Below, piece by piece: positions 33,953 through 48,892 of a stretch of 64,000 bases of DNA. Positions within the stretch are counted from its first letter, which is position 1, and each line of letters starts with the position of its first letter. The stretch is from Paragordius varius. Lineage: Eukaryota > Animalia > Nematomorpha. Location: assembly GCA_964247055.1 (NCBI GenBank), contig OZ176056.1:1054001-1118000 (forward strand), written 5' to 3'. The position numbers were made by a program, and so were the translations under genes. Below the pieces are notes generated by a model, which saw only the letters and a program-made list of their open reading frames with translations, was not told the DNA's origin and searched no databases.

Positions 33953-36900
33953 ATGGGGTCTGCAATTTTGTTCGATTCTAAAAATGATAATACAAATCGA
34001 TTTTGCAAATGTATTCTAGCACATTCAATTACATTTATTGCCGGAATTATTTTTGGGGTTTTATTAACTAAAACTTATTTCGATGGCCCGAAATTTTATA
34101 CGCTTGCCCCCCAAAATTCAAATTATAATCCTTTCGTAACACAATCGACAAACAATCAAACCATTAGACATTTTGCAACAAAAGCTAACATCGAATCGTC
34201 GTACCCAAAGGAGGAACAAACTGATCAAAATAAGGTAATTTATGAGTTACATAACTTTTTTATTTTTATAAGCGTTGCGTTAGCGTATTTACGCTAATTT
34301 TTTAAAAAATTTTATGGTGGAATATCCTAACTTAAATAAATCATATGATATAATAATTTTAAAAATCGGTTGATATTACTATAGGCGCTGTAATTCATGG
34401 CGAGATTTTTCTTAAAACTTAGCTATACCCATAGTGGTAATAAAAATTAGTTGAACATAAAAAATAAATATAATATAATTGCTGATATTTCGAAATAAAT
34501 CAAAAATATTGTCCTAAAAATATTTATGAAAAAAACAGTTTTGTATTTCAAATTTTTACTTATACCACACAAATTTAAATATTAAATATTATTTTATTTA
34601 TATTGCTTTTGGTACATGGAAAAAATCTGTTTAAATGGTAGGCGTGGGAGGGTCATCGGTTATATCATCTATGATAGAACATTATTAAAATATCAAAAAA
34701 TATAATCAGTTTCTAAGGAGGTCATTAAGCTTGTGAATATCATTGGTAAATTAATATAAATACCACAGTATTTTAAATTTTTTTATTTTCCCTCAAATAA
34801 ACCCCAAATTTACCCATTTGAAGCCATGAGTAAAGGCCTGCTCAAAATACACTCTAATAAATTGATATTTTCCAAATCTTTTTTGATTATAATTGCTTAG
34901 AAACAAAAATTGTGAATTATATTTCAATCATCATTAAACATTCAAACCATTTTATAGGTATTTAAGCCGGCTTATCCAAAATGGCACATTAAAGAAATAT
35001 TTTAGATGACAATAAATCTATAACAAAAAAGTTTATATTTATCTATTAAAATCTAATTTATATGATATTTAGTGTTGGTAAAGATACACAATGAACAATT
35101 CGTTTCTTTCCACATGTATTATTTTGTCATGATTTCATTTACGTTTAATTTGGAGCAAGCCTAGTTAATTAATACAATGTTAGAAATGATTATAAAATTA
35201 ATAAAATATATACTGATTCAAATATAAGAGCAAACATTTACAGTATGAGTAAGTATACATAGCTAGATAGTTATTAATTATTGCCAAATAGTAAATAAAA
35301 TAAAGGGCAGTATTATTGGCTTATAGTTATTTTTTTAACTTTTTACTATTATTAGCCAATAATACAGCTCTTTGTTGTAATATTTACTATTTGGCTAATT
35401 AATAACTTTCTAGCAATGTATACTTACTCATACTGTAAAAATGAAAATAGTACTTAAATGATTTTTTTTTAAAACTGTAGGGCCTATAAAGTTTTTAAAC
35501 TAAATTAAATATATTTTCTGACACTGCCCTACTTTGTGATTTAATCTTGTTAACAGAGCGTTATTATATGTTTTAAACTTCTAAATTTATTTTTTTTTGA
35601 ACAAAACTCCTCCCCTATATAAAATTGTATATAATTATACTCGATTTTAAGTAAGATAATACTTTTTACAAAGTCTTATTCCTTTAAAATGCCACATTTA
35701 TAAATTAAATATAATTTAACCTAAAATATTTTTGATTAGGATTGGGCAAAAACTGTTAATATTAAATTATATTATACATATATATTAACCTAATTTTTCA
35801 GCAAATTCGGAATTTAAAGCATCTTTTATTAACCTTCACTTATGCACACACAGTTACTTTTACTTTTTTACAACAAAATATTTTAACAAAAAAGTATTGT
35901 TGTGACCTAAATTTCGCTCATCAAATTTTTATCAAAACTAGAAAACATTTAAAAAGACATAAAAAGAGATACTGCCTGCTTAATTTGGACTAGATATTAT
36001 TTAATTAAAGTAGCTATTTTAAAAAATAGACATCAAATTTATGTTATGTATTTATGTCGCCAACTGTCAAGACCATCTTAATAAACATAAAAATCTTAAA
36101 AATTAAATTTGCAATGCAAAAAATAATTGCTAAGTTTTAAAACCGTTGAATATTAAAAATGTAACTGTACTTAATAAGGGTCATAGGAAAACAAATTATA
36201 AATACGAAATAAATATTTAATGTAAATATTAGCTAATAGATATATTTGATAGAAAGTTTTATATTACTTTATTTCATTTATATTAAATTGTTTGCATACA
36301 AAAAAATAGTTTCATATTATCTACAACAACGGAATTTTTAAATCAGTAATTTTAACTTTTTGAGGGCACAACTCAATTTAAAATAAGCGTGTGTATAAAA
36401 AAGTAAATGTGCTTTAATACCTGAAATTTCTGCATATGTTATTAGATCTTTGCAAAGGATTTCTTAGATTACGATATCGAAATACCCCCAAACATTTTAG
36501 AAGCCCACAATGAGCTATTTAATGGAGACCAAGAATCCTTATATGATGGATTAATTAGTAGAGAAAAAAGAAATAGTAATCCTCACTCGACTCAAAAGTT
36601 AAGAATTGATGACAAGAATGATATATTAGTTCGCGTTCAAAGGAAGGCTAAAAAACGGGCTGGTGTAGGGGAGGACCTTGGTTCCATTTTTAGAGTAGAT
36701 ATGGGCACCTTTAGTAAAAATATAAATCGTAACGGTATCCAGGGTATTGAACGGACCAATAAAAACTTGAGAACTAGTAATCTGTCCCCAATGAAAAAAC
36801 ATATAAAATTGTATGTTCAATTGGATGCATTAAATCCCACAAAACATAGAAATGCTAGATCATTAAAAGATGAACCCATTCCTAAAAGCCCTTACTATGC

Positions 36901-39900
36901 ATCCAAGAAAACCGCCGTATATAATAATACAGCTATGAGAAGAGGTTTAAAAGTTCGAGCTGTTAAAAAACTTAACGGAAACATCTTAGGTACGAGAAAA
37001 TATATTAATAAGGCCACGCCATCAAAGCAAAATATTCAATCTTTGCCACCTCCCAAATTAAAACCAAAGCCAACTATGAATCGTAGAAATGGTTTGACAA
37101 AACGTGATCACAATTCAGCAAAATCTACCCATCAAGCACCAGCACCAATGGATATTAACAAATTTGATTTACAAGCTTTTAAACAGCGCATTCTACAAAG
37201 CAATGATTCTGAGCTTATACGTGTACTCAAAAAACGACTTAGTAACCCAAATAAGAGAGTCCGCGAACGTTCCCTATATGGGTTGGCTATTGATTTATCA
37301 GCTCGTAAGAATGGAAATGGAAATGATGATAACTACTATGGATTTCGGTCCTTGCTTAAAAGTAGATACCGCGGTTTAACACCGGTTACATCTCCTCCAA
37401 TATATCCGGTTCAAAGATACGATGATAGATCCGTTGTGGAAAGCAATGTTAAAGTTGGTTGGAACAGTTTTCATGGTTATCAATTTAAGAAGCTAAAAAT
37501 TTCAACCGTAGATACGAATTTGACTGATAATATAAAAATAACCACTCCAAATCATGCAAAGCTGATACGGACAGATGTGAAGCCATATCCGGTGTCTTCG
37601 ACTTTTACAACAGAAGATCATAAAAGTTTGACTAATGATTTAACAAGTACCACAACTGTTTCCAGTACAACAAGACTCTCAGATGTTTTGAGTAGTGAAA
37701 TGAATCATTTTTTAGGACCTACGTCGACGTACCAATCAGATCTTTTTTCAGAACAATCAGATCCACATTCGCATCTCTATTCTGATACAGATCCAACATC
37801 AACAAAATATGCTTATACAACAACAGGCGAGTCTCTTACAAGAGAATATACAGAAAATATGAAACATTTATCCACTTCATCTGATAGACCAACGGAAGAA
37901 CTTTATACGCTGAACAATTTAAATACATTATCAGAGGATGAAAAGACTGGGTCTACGTCGACGGTTAAATATCAGAGACAACCATATTTTACATATTCTA
38001 CTGGAGATACACTGACAAAGGAAAACCAAAATATACCAGAAATTCAAGATCAAAGGTATTATTTACATTCTTTTTTACATTATTTTTTAATGGATTTTTT
38101 TGCCATTCTTTAGATTTGATGATGACAATAGAATGGATGTTAAAACTGAGAGTCAAATTTTGGATACATCCACATTTTCGCATTCCCTGGCTGATAATAA
38201 TATTTACACGTCCACTATAAAATATGCAGATAACCACTACAGTCCAACCACTCAATATTATGGCAATAGGGAGTATACAAATTTATATGCCGGACATTTA
38301 ACTCAAAGCCAAGAATTTTATCGACCATCAACGACCCCTATCATATTAACTACCTTGCTCTATAAAGATAGATATAAGGGTACCACCCCAAGGTCTGATC
38401 AATATACAAATATTGAAATTGATTCGAAACCTGACGATTATGTAATAAATGATACCAGTACTATGCCACCAAAATCAGAAACAGATATTCATGAAGACCC
38501 ATATCACCATGCAATAGTAACTGATCAACGGGGTGAATTCAAGCATGTAACGCAACGTTATACTAACACGCCGGACACAACTCTAAGTTTTTATCACATT
38601 ACCACGACTGAAGATACATCGTCAACACCTTCTTATACCCAGTATTCTAAAGAAATGCGGACAGAGGATCAACAAATGACTCACGAAACTGCGCCTTCTT
38701 ATACACAATATTCCGAAGTATTTAAGGAAGATAACCAACAAATGACATCTGAAACTACTAACAATAGGGTTACACAGACGTACCCTTCCACTTTTTATAG
38801 TTCGCGATATGGTCAATTTACTGAACCATATACCACAAGTTATGATCGTTTAACAACCGAATCTGCCCAATACAAAGGTGATGTCGGAGATGAGAGTATA
38901 TTAGATAATCAAAAAACGAATTATGTCACAAGGAATTCAGAGAATGTGGAATATACGAATCACAAATCCGAAGACTCATCCCAAACTACATCACAATCTT
39001 TTGATTCAACAACAACAACAATGAGATACGTGGATGGCGGCATCGAAAGTACGACCATTAATCCAGAACAAAGTGAACTGGATGTTGGAGCTAATTATAT
39101 GGAACCGGAACCTAATGGACAAGACTCCGTTACTGTGGAAGATGCAGCAAGTGAAAACTTTATTCCACAATCGTATGTAACGATTGCCCAATTTACCAAT
39201 GCTGGTATAAGTGACCAGGGGGATAATTTAAGAAACCTAGACAGAGGTGATACCTACAATAAACAGGAAAATCGCATCGATTCGATAAATTACGAATATA
39301 AATTAAAGAAACACCATAGAAATGTGCAAAGCAAAGTTAATACTGTTAGTACAACGCTTTCGCCTGGAAAAATGCAAGAATACGGAGATGAAGAAGAATA
39401 TTTTGATATGCCTGATGAAAAACAGCTGAATCACTTAAGCGAGCAACAGCTGTTAGAATTGAGAGAAATAGCCAGGCATCAGGGTTTAGATGTATCGTAT
39501 GATAACGATCGATACAGTAATCCAGAAGTCACGACTATGAAAAAAGAATTTTTTGAAATACAAAGTAATTACTTACACCTCTCGTTTATAAATTGCTAAT
39601 AATTTGGAAAATATTTTTTACATCTAATTTTTTGCTTATATGCCATTTAACTCCTTATATGCCCTTGAACAATCCAAATTCACTCTTGAACAATTGATAT
39701 TCACCCTCAAGCAAATGAAATTTACCCTGAACATTACAAATGAAATAAATTATGTATTTTTAAACATAATATAACTCATCATAATAAAATATTTGTTTAT
39801 GGCATAGTTATTATTTTCTGTTTAATGTTAATTTTACAAAATATTATTCTTAACAATTTAAAAAATAGGTATTTCTTTATATTTAAAATCATATATTTTA

Positions 39901-40499
39901 TTTTGGGAATATAAAGAATTCAAGGGTGATTTTGAATTATATTCGAGGGTTAAAATTCAAGGATGAATGAATTATATTCGAGGGTAAATTTTGAAGTGTA
40001 AATGGTGTATACAGTAAAAACTGAAATTATACGGACAAAATATAAAAATATAAAGACAAATATTTTTTCTAAAAGACAACCAACCATACTATTTAAATTT
40101 TGATTTATTTCAATATAACTCATTGTTTCAAATGGCAAAACGTGAAATAAATATATATATTACTAAGACTCAATTTTAAATTTTACAATTGTAACTAAAT
40201 AGCTTTTATAATAATTAAGGTTTTAAAAAGTATGGTTGTTTTTTAGATAAAAATATTTGTCTTTATATTTTTACGTTTTGTCCGTAGTATACTTTCAATT
40301 TTTACTGTATTATTCAAATCCATTTTTTAAATTTAATTTTTTAAAAGGGTGCCATTGTAAAAGCTTCAGTCCTTCGGATAAAGGCATATACTACCAATGT
40401 CGATATGACCCATCGCGATCTAAACGTACACTTATGGCCATGGATTGCCATGTTTCAGAATTACCTGAAAATTATTACATGTCCGATAAAAAACTATAA
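33953..40499 (+). CDS. Orphan ~1164-aa putative type II membrane or secreted mucin-like protein, exons 33953-34234, 36446-38055, 38114-39564, 40348-40499
   Basis: Hydrophobic anchor ILAHSITFIAGIIFGVLLT, furin-type sites REKR and RSKR, a basic region, then a long Thr/Ser/Tyr/Asp-rich region. The two long ORFs are joined by a 58-nt GT-AG intron (38056-38113). The last exon has four Cys. Phases are consistent. Confidence 0.8.
35241..35435. mobile_element. Tc1-type MITE family 3 (195 bp, almost fully palindromic)
   Basis: TA|CAGTATGAGTAAGTATACAT...ATGTATACTTACTCATACTG|TA with a TA target duplication. Confidence 0.88.
38628..38760 (+). repeat. 66-bp (22-aa) coding tandem duplication in the mucin-like gene
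   Basis: PSYTQYSKEMRTEDQQMTHETA / PSYTQYSEVFKEDNQQMTSETT. Confidence 0.8.
39645..40009. mobile_element. MITE family 2 (TIRs contain the 21-bp minisatellite TTGAACAATTCAAATTCACCC)
   Basis: Degenerate 21-mers at left, their reverse complements at right, ending GTAAATGGT. Directly adjacent to a family-1 MITE. Confidence 0.75.
40012..40307. mobile_element. Tc1-type MITE family 1, full-length (296 bp)
   Basis: TA|CAGTAAAAACTGAAATTATACGGACAAAA...TTTTGTCCGTAG..TTTCAATTTTTACTG|TA, with ~90-bp TIRs. Confidence 0.92.
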
Positions 40500-43400
40500 T
40501 CATGAACAAATTAATTTGTTTCGCATATTTTTATTGTATATTTCTTATCTTAATTTGATATTTTTTAATCAATTTAATTTATATATTAATTATATATTGA
40601 TATTATTTTTATATGATCCATATCAAAAAATAATGCAAAAATAAATTTTTCAATCCATGATAAACACATTTTATTGGCAAAACCATCGGTTACCACACCT
40701 GAGTTAATGTAATATTGTTTGTTCGTCATATAACAATTAGAGATCAGTATTTATGAAATATTTTAAGGCTTAACACCCGGGTATCGATAAATCTTTTGTT
40801 TATGGTGCAAACAGATTTGATTAGGCCTGCATTTTTTTCATATCCTCTAAATAATATAATGAGGATTTAATGAAGACATCGCAAATATATTAAAGCTAGA
40901 ATTCAAAATTTATTTTAGTATAACTCTTTTAAAACATTGCTTATATAAAATAATTAATATTCTTAATAATTATGCAAAAATATTAAATGAAAGGGCTTTA
41001 ATTCACCCATACATCATTCTCATAATCTAACCCTAGCTGAATCAAACGAAAATCTGTAAGAAGTCAATATACCTGAGTAGAGTGGTCAGAAAACTGTTGT
41101 AACCCGACAGCAAAAACCTATTATATTGTTAATACTTAATTTCCAAAACTATTAGTCCTTAAAAAATAATAAATTCTCAGAAATCTTACTAAATCATATG
41201 GATTAAATAATAAATTTCGGTTCCAATGTAGAGACAGCATTTTTGTTAACCGAATTTTTTAATAATTTCTGTAGAGCTAATTATCTGAAAAAACGCTACT
41301 ATAATAAAAACTTTTTAAGTAAATTTTTTGCAGAAAGACTATATGGATTTAATTAAAATTTTAGTAAAGCGGTTTATTAATGGGTTGGGCTTTATGATCT
41401 TTCAACTCGGATAAAATATAAAATGGGGCTTCTAAGCAAATTCTTGTAACACCTTATATATTATATTGATATAAAACTGATTTTAGTTCCGGCAAGCAAG
41501 CATTTTTTTAATTAACCTATAATTTGGTCTAAGTAGCCTCTAATTAATAAAATTATATATATAAACTATTGTCTGAAGAGGTGAAACATATTATCAATTC
41601 AGAATCGTGTCGCTTCAGTCATGCGGGGCGTGATGTGTCAACTAAAATGAACAAATAAGATTTTAACTACTTTTTCAATAAATATGTTTATTTTCTATTA
41701 AAATGGTTATTAACAGGTTAAGACTTTTACTTCCTTAATTGGCCTATAAAGTTTAGGGCTTACAGAAAAAACAAATGACTTGAAATCTGAAAAATATTTT
41801 AGTGGAGAGAAAAGAGCAAAAATTGGTAAATAATTTATAAACTTAGATCAGAATCAATATAAATTAATCGCTCTAAGCACATATAATAATAGTCTTGTTA
41901 GTGTGCTAGGTCTAAATTTAGTTAAACATTTAATCTAAATTAGATATTGACCGTTAATTTGCTTGGATTTGACGATTTAGTTTAGTGTGTGAATATATAG
42001 TTTCGCAGCAAAAAGATTATATACATTATTAATATATTGTTTAATACTCTTTCTAACATTAAATTATATCAGATTTGGGTTTTTATTACCAGAACCCGCA
42101 AATGGAAAGACCATGCCCCCGACTAAAAAATAGGAACGACAATCAGAATGATTTTTAATTTTTAACAGTTGCTTTTTATCGGTTAAATATTTTATCTCAA
42201 ACCTAATTAATAATGAAAATACATTTGGTTATCAATTGCAAGAAATACAATTTGTAAACGGTAACTTTGTTCTTAAACAAAACACCTTACTATAGCTTTG
42301 GAGCTCTTTCCAAAAATGGTGTGTATCCTATGCACTAATGCAATATAAGGTTATTAAAATCTGTTTCAAAACTATTTTCGTCGTTAATCCTTTAAGTGTG
42401 CGTTAAATCAAGCCCTAATTAATCTTTAGTAGGAACAAATAATAAAGTTTATTTCAGATCGGATTTTATAAAATTGTCGCAAAATAATACAAATCGAAAG
42501 GCGTATAATTATAAATAAAATTGTGTTTTGTCAAACAAAACAATCATTTATAACAAAGTTAATAATAGTTGGTATGATCAGAAGCTTAACTTTTACTTTT
42601 GAATTCAAACATAATGTCATTTTGTATGCCATCTATTAAGATAACCATTAATTAGATTAGCTATTCTTAACGGTTACTTATCCAAAAAACACTGTCACCT
42701 GTTTTCCATTTGAGTATTTTAATATGTTTAATAAAGCTAAAAAATAATTATATTTCTTTCAACAACATGTGAAAAAAAAAATTCACTTTTTTCTACCTTG
42801 ACCGCATAATATCACAAATGATGTATTACCATATATATTATATAGGTTATGTCATTTAAGTTTTTATATGATAAGTAACTTATATCAACATGTAAAATAT
42901 GTTGGTCATTGGAAAGTTTTTGTAAAAAAGCTATTTATCTCGTGACATTTAAAGGCTAAAAATATTGTATGTAATTTGCTGTTGAAAAAAACCCATCGGA
43001 CCATTGCCTTTATTAAGTTAAATATATTTATTTGAAACAGCCTAAATTGCAATTTTATTAACAAATGTATGTACCCCTAAAAATATTAAAATACACGATC
43101 GAAAGCACATATGATAGTTGGTGGGTAATAAACCAAAATTATAAACCAAAAAAAAACTCATATATATTAGACAAATTACGAATTTTAAAGCGTATTTTGA
43201 TGTAATATAGGAGGATTGGACAAATATGCTAAATTCATATATACATCCAAACCGTGACTATGAACATTCCTAAAATCACATGTTAAATAAATTATAATGG
43301 TAAACTTGATGAAAATATATAAGAAAATATCATCATTATTAAATTTATTTTAATACTATATTCAAATTGTAACCAATTTGATTAGTTCGTCGTTTGAGTC

Positions 43401-46020
43401 CCATTTGATCTCAGATACTTTTTATGGTATTAAACGACTAGTGATCATTAGGACCGGGCAATTTAACCGGTACAATAGAATTTTATGAAGATGTATCTTT
43501 ATAAAGTTAATGTGGATTATACAACTGGCAAACCGCAAATTAATGATATGTTTCAGTTTTTCTTTGATAGATGTAGTGAAATCTTTTTCGATTATAGTTG
43601 TGAGCCCATATAAGATTTTATCAAATGTTTTAACATCCTACGATTTACTCGGTTGACTTAAAATAAGTTAAGTGCTTTAACAATTTATAATTTGGTATTT
43701 AAGGAGAGATTCGGTTATGATTATTGAAAATATGCACTTCCCTTTATTTCCCACAAAAAGCAAAAGAGTCCTAACTACCCTCCATAAAACCTATATTGGA
43801 GCCTTGTAGTTCCGCTAAAAAAATGAAATTCGTTCATAAAATAAAAAATTGTAACTAATTAAATTGCCATAAATTTAAAATGTTGAAATGATGATGATGT
43901 ATTATTTAAATATAATTTATAGTTTTCGCTTTTTCATTTTTTGTAAAAAAGTGAATTTAAAAAGACAGAAAATATCTTTTTTCGCCACTGACCTATTTTT
44001 ACATTGCAAGTCCGTCCATTGAAAAATAAGTAAAAAACTTGTGCAAAAAAACACAATTTGGATGAACAAAAAAATTATACAGTAAAAATGTTTTTTGCTT
44101 TACTAATCAAAATATTTTTCTGCATTTATTCCATTTTTTCTACACACAATGTTTAATTTTATGTCTTCTTTAGCCCATCAAACCTCTGATGAAGGTATTC
44201 AAATATATATTTTGACATATTTAAAAATATTTCAAAGTTTAATTTGAAAAATATTGAAATACTCCAAAATAAAGTATGTGTATTTATAAAAGTTATTGAT
44301 ATGTAACGATTAATCATTTCATACTTACCATGAAAGCTAATAAATTAAAAAGATTAATTGTTAGCGCATAAAAATTATTCTTATTTTCAATTAACAGAAA
44401 GGTGTTAAGTCAGTTAATGAAAAATTGTTAGATAGTTTATTATCATGATTTCTTTATTTAAGCTATATTTTTTAAACCAATAATATTAATTACCGGGATC
44501 GGTTCTTGTAAATTTTGATAAAAACCGGCTAAAATGTTAGAATCAAAACTGGTTCTATTTTTTTACATTCGCTTTCCGCATGACAGAATTTAGCTATTGT
44601 TTTAAACCATGAATGAATATTATGGAAACATTTTTTTAGGGCTTAAATATGGTAAAAATTAAAAAATTTACGTGTGTGTTAATAAATCCTAATTCTTCCA
44701 ATTATGATTTTATATTTCTTAACTAGCAAGCAATCGAGTATAATATTTTAGAAAATTGATTTGTTTTAACTTTATTTTGCGTCCCCCCAGTAAAACCGTT
44801 TCAAATTAAGATCAAAGATTTTTTTTATGTTAAATATATTGAATTAGGTTATATCGGTTAAAATGGCATCAATTAATACTATATTTGATTTGAAGTATAT
44901 ATTTATGATAAATAATAATCATAGAGAGCATTAAAAGATCTTAATTTATATATCCCTGCATGTGGTTGGAAACTGATAAAATTTTAAATTTCTTAGGGGT
45001 CGTTTCGTAACTGTCTTAGTCAATGAAGATAAAATTGTAAATTTTTATGGTTCATACGATATTCTGCTTTTTCACTTTTATTTAATATTTTTAAAAATCA
45101 ATTTATGTGAAACTTATTTCTATTATACCATAAATAATTTTAAATTCTAAAAAAATTTTTAAATATGTTGAACACATTGTATCAGAATTAACATATCTTG
45201 ATAATACTTGAAAACTATTTATAGTTATAATTATTTTTTTATTAACTCAAACTATATTTCGAGCAGGTTGCTGGATAGCCAGGGCTATTATGTCTTTTCA
45301 CTTTATTTTCTTTCTTTACTCCAAAAAATCAATAAATTATTAATCTATTAAATATTATATATATGTATGTAAAATTTTTTTACAACTCTTGGTTTAAAAG
45401 GAAAAACTATTTTTTATATTTCAACATTTAAAACTTAACTTTTTTTTATCGGAAAACGGACTTTCAGATTGAATACTCCCTTTAATATATTTATAAAACT
45501 TTCTTTAAAAAAAGAAATTTAAATAAATATCAATGTCCCCCCAAAAAAACTCCCTTCCCAAAATAGCTATAAAACATCTTTTTGCATTTCTAAATTTAGA
45601 ACAGATTCGCGCGCCATTATATCTCTTTTTGTCGTAAATTACACATAAAATTTCACATGATGAAAGCAAGATAAAGCCATATTTATTGATTTTACAATGA
45701 TGAAAATAAAACTGCAAAGGGAGATAGATACAGGCCTAACTAATATTTTCGCCATTGAACATTTACATTTCCTTTCTTTCCAAAAGGTTTGGTTGACCCC
45801 TTTTTCATGATCGCACTAATAGAATACGTACTTCTGGATTCAATTATATGATTAGAAATTTATAAAACAATTTCTTTATATTTTTATTATTCGTTAAATG
45901 CCTCATAATCAAATGTTAAGGAATTGAGACAAGGAACGAAACCGATTCAAAACTGGGGTATGAATCTTAAATGTTATATCATACATACTTAAAGTTAATA
46001 TAAAATTGATTTATATTTAA

Positions 46021-46022
<2 letters not shown>

Positions 46023-46051
<29 letters not shown>
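46023..46051. repeat. (TA)n microsatellite
   Basis: Uninterrupted TA run. Confidence 0.9.
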
Positions 46052-46055
<4 letters not shown>

Positions 46056-46659
46056 TAAATATAATATTATTTTCTCAAAATGCTAAAAATATTTAACTTG
46101 CATTGCACCCTACAAAACTTCATTTTATTGTTAAATTCAAGGGTCTAAATTACATAAAGCTGAAAAACAATTTAAATTGATAGATCTTTGTTTTAAAATA
46201 TATTAACCATATATAATAACTTTTTAACATTTATAAAATAATTTCCATTTTTAATTATCATTATTTGTTGTAAAATGGATGACCCCAAAAAAAAGCAGGG
46301 GTCAAACGTCTCATGTTTGGGAAAATTTTTATTGATTTTTATATCATAAAACATAAATTATTGTGTTTTTCATTTTGGGAGAAAATCTTAAAAGTACCAT
46401 GAAAGGAATCTATTATTAGACGCAAAGCTTATAAATATAAAAATGATTTATATTTATTTTTTTTAGCTTTTGATATATAATTAATTAATATATTGAGAGA
46501 TAATTCAATAATTACTTTAGGCCAAAGTTTTTAATCTAGAAAAATGTTTTATTGTATTGCAACTATGTATTTTATTATTATTTTAAGTTCTATAAAACGA
46601 ATCTCGTTAATTAAAAAAATCTAAACGCCTAATTTCCATATTAATTCTAATTTACACTA

Positions 46660-46915
46660 AATATTGAAAACATAAAAATATTAAGACAAATATTTTTTTC
46701 TAAAAGACAACCATACTTTTTTAAACTTGATTTTTTTAATTGTAACTAATTGTTTAAATTTGCAAAGTATAAAATAGAGCTGGCAATTTATGATTTACGA
46801 TTGCAATAAAATAATTAAAATGGGAAAAATCAAGGTTTAAAAAGGTTTATGGGTGTCTTTTGAAAACAATATTTGCCTTTATTTTTACGTTTTGTCCGTA
46901 TTCAATATTTACTGT
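46660..46915. mobile_element. Tc1-type MITE family 1 (left end eroded)
   Basis: AAGACAAATATTTTTTTCTAAAAGACAACCATACT...TTTTGTCCGTATTCAATATTTACTG|TA. Confidence 0.8.
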
Positions 46916-47542
46916 AATACGCCAATTTTAATTTTTAAATGATCCATTTTTTACCCATGTTTTTGCAAAAATAACTCAATTATTTGCGCTTGCTGCGACC
47001 ATATGAGTACAAAACAGTTTAAAGCTTTTTAAAAGTAAGGTAAGCCTTTTTTATATATATGCCTATTTTTCATTTTTAAGCCCATTACTGATAATTCACA
47101 AAAATGTCTGGCTTATTTTAATTAATATTTTTGTCTGGTCCAAAAATTATTTTTGTTCATGAAATCATTATAAATGAGTTGCTAACATTCATGGCAATAA
47201 AATCATTATGTCATCCTTTAAATATGTATATAAACTTTCAATACGGATAATATATGATGTAGGATTTGAAAAGACAAATCTTATATCCTAGTATCCTAAT
47301 TTATTGTACAAAAGTATGGTTTCTTTGTTGTCTACAATGTTTTAGACATGGAGTGCCCAACATAAATGAATTCGTGGGGCCGCATTAGAAAATATGAGTC
47401 AGTATTGATAAATATTCTTCTAGAAATCATTTGCAGTAAAAAATATACGTAAACAATATCGTTGCCATAATTTTAAAAGATCTACATAAAAAATTTGTTC
47501 AAAGATCAACTATATTTTAGCAAATTATGAAATCTTAATTTA

Positions 47543-47817
47543 CAGTAAAAATTGAAATTATACGGACAAAGCGTGAAAATAAAATATAAAGACAACCATA
47601 ATTTTAAACCTTGATATTTTTAATATAACTCATTGTTTTAAACTACAAAGTATAATGTAGAAATAAAAAATTGGTAACACATTCAATTATGTATTTTACG
47701 ATTGTAATTAAATGTTTTTTATAGAATAAATTAAGGTCTAAAAAAGTATGGTTGTCTTTTGAAAAAAAATTATCCTTATATTTTTACATTTTGTCCGTAT
47801 AATTTCAATTTTTACTG
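47543..47817. mobile_element. Tc1-type MITE family 1, full-length (275 bp)
   Basis: TA|CAGTAAAAATTGAAATTATACGGACAAA...TTGTCCGTATAATTTCAATTTTTACTG. Confidence 0.92.
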
Positions 47818-48892
47818 AAATACTTTTTCATTTTTCTGCCTTGAAAAATGCAGTTATCTAATAAATGATGGGTAAAACAACATTGGAACATTAAACTATA
47901 GGTGTTAATAAGTATAGTCTAGTAATAATTTCTGGGATCCTATAAATAATAATTGTAGTTTATTTTTCAACAGGGCTAAAACAATTTAATATTAGTTATC
48001 TTTAAATACCTTATCAATCAAGAATGTTAAATTAGCTGACAGAGCTAAAAAATGTAAAAGCTTTGAAAGTTGTATGTTATTTTATAAAATGATTGAATAG
48101 TACCATTCTTTGGCGATATATGGCGACAGTAGGACGTAATTATTTATAAGCTGATATCCTTTCTTCTCTCATCACATCTAAAAAATAAATACCAATATTG
48201 ATTTTCTCGTGAATCGTTTGTGAGGCAAGGCGTGCGTTTTAAGTGGTAGAAATTACCTTTCTTTATGTTTCCTATCACATTTTTTTTCCTAATGCCATAC
48301 AATTCTTATTATTGTTCTTTAGATTTTCAATTAACAAAAGCGATGATATATAGTGGAGGTATAGTAAAGCCATAATCCCAATTATATTAAGATACAGCTA
48401 AAGTGATTCATAATATAAAAATAAATTATTTTTTTGCCAACTTCAAAAAATTTAACCGTTTAAACCTTTTTAAATTTGCAAAAGAGAGGTAGCAAATTAC
48501 ATAAAAAATTCCTTACTTATGACTTAAAAAAATCGGTATTCAAAATTTTGAGAAATATGGCATTTTTACATTTACCGCTAACCGCTAAAACATTGGTCTA
48601 AAACAAATCTCTCTAATTACAGTATAAATTGGAAATATAGCTCAAAACTTCAAAGGCACAAGCCTAATTGATTAGTTAACAACCTAAGTACATGATTGTC
48701 AATTGTTAACATATATGATTAGGGTTGTGTTCTACCCTTCACCATTACCACCTTATATATTTGATAACCCTAATTGATTTTTGGAAAATACCCATCTTTA
48801 ATTTTTGGTTGACGGCTTTTTATAATTTAGAGGTGGGAAAGTTTACTTAGAAATTTAATAATTTCATTACTGGAGTTATGTTCTGTCCAGAG

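Noticed and set aside
43450-43740. Faint LINE RT-like translation (also VRQG-CVLS at ~48220)
   Set aside because: Too degenerate to support as a feature without a profile search.
47205-47510. Apparent Rab-like pseudogene (YVYKLSIRIIYDVGFEKTNLIS*...IRGAAL)
   Set aside because: No intact G-box motifs. The middle part is better explained as a hAT-like MITE end related to 48893.
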